This document shows, piece after piece, positions 63,830 to 64,000 of a DNA stretch of 64,000 nucleotides; position 1 is the stretch's first letter, and every line of letters begins with the position of its first letter. The notes under the pieces were generated by a model. That model was not told the origin of the DNA. It was given only the letters and a program-made list of their open reading frames with translations, and did no database searches. The DNA is from Octopus bimaculoides (lineage: Eukaryota): assembly GCF_001194135.2 (NCBI RefSeq), contig NC_068991.1:24493065-24557064 (forward strand), written 5' to 3'. A program made the position numbers and the translations under genes.

Positions 63830-64000
63830 CATCATCATCATCATCATCGTTTAACGTCCGCTTTCCATGCTAGCATGGGTTGGACGATTTGACTGAGGAC
63901 TGGTGCAACCGGATGGCTACACCAGGCTCCAATCTAATTTGGCAGAGTTTCTACAGCTGGATGCCCTTCCTAACGCCAACCACTCAGAGAGTGTAGTGGG
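63830..64000 (-). mobile_element. Young RTE-type 3' end element, runs off the window
   Basis: One mismatch to the reverse complement of 24534-24680. Confidence 0.9.

Noticed and set aside
1-64000. A second host gene on the plus strand
   Set aside because: Plus-strand ORFs map to antisense of Celsr exons, repeats or microsatellites; no consistent spliced chain was found.

Overview
AT-rich, repeat-dense eukaryotic DNA with seven N-gaps. The repeat content resembles a cephalopod, probably Octopus (inference from recognised repeat families, not a database match). One gene spans the window on the minus strand: the 3' part of a Flamingo/CELSR adhesion GPCR. I reconstructed 27 GT-AG exons by hand (62461 down to 3393, about 4.1 kb of CDS). 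All splice phases are compatible and the frame stays open through end of LamG1, EGF, LamG2, EGF, EGF, laminin-EGF, hormone-receptor domain, GAIN, GPS (HL/S), 7TM and the cytoplasmic tail. The cadherin repeats lie beyond the window's right edge and the true last exon is uncertain. Introns contain tRNA-derived SINEs, RTE, Penelope-like and R4-like retroelement remnants, a deleted mariner, a Helitron, hAT and piggyBac-type MITEs, and micro/minisatellites. The most unusual signal is a roughly 600 bp palindrome (2305-2930) of two head-to-head tRNA-headed SINE-like elements, each carrying a minimal Penelope-type hammerhead ribozyme motif. A second, unrelated hammerhead sits in a nested fold-back at 44.1-44.7 kb. 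There are also candidate alternative Celsr exons and a duplicated exon across a gap. Most ORFs in the supplied track come from microsatellites or N-runs. There are no prokaryotic features and no CRISPR array.
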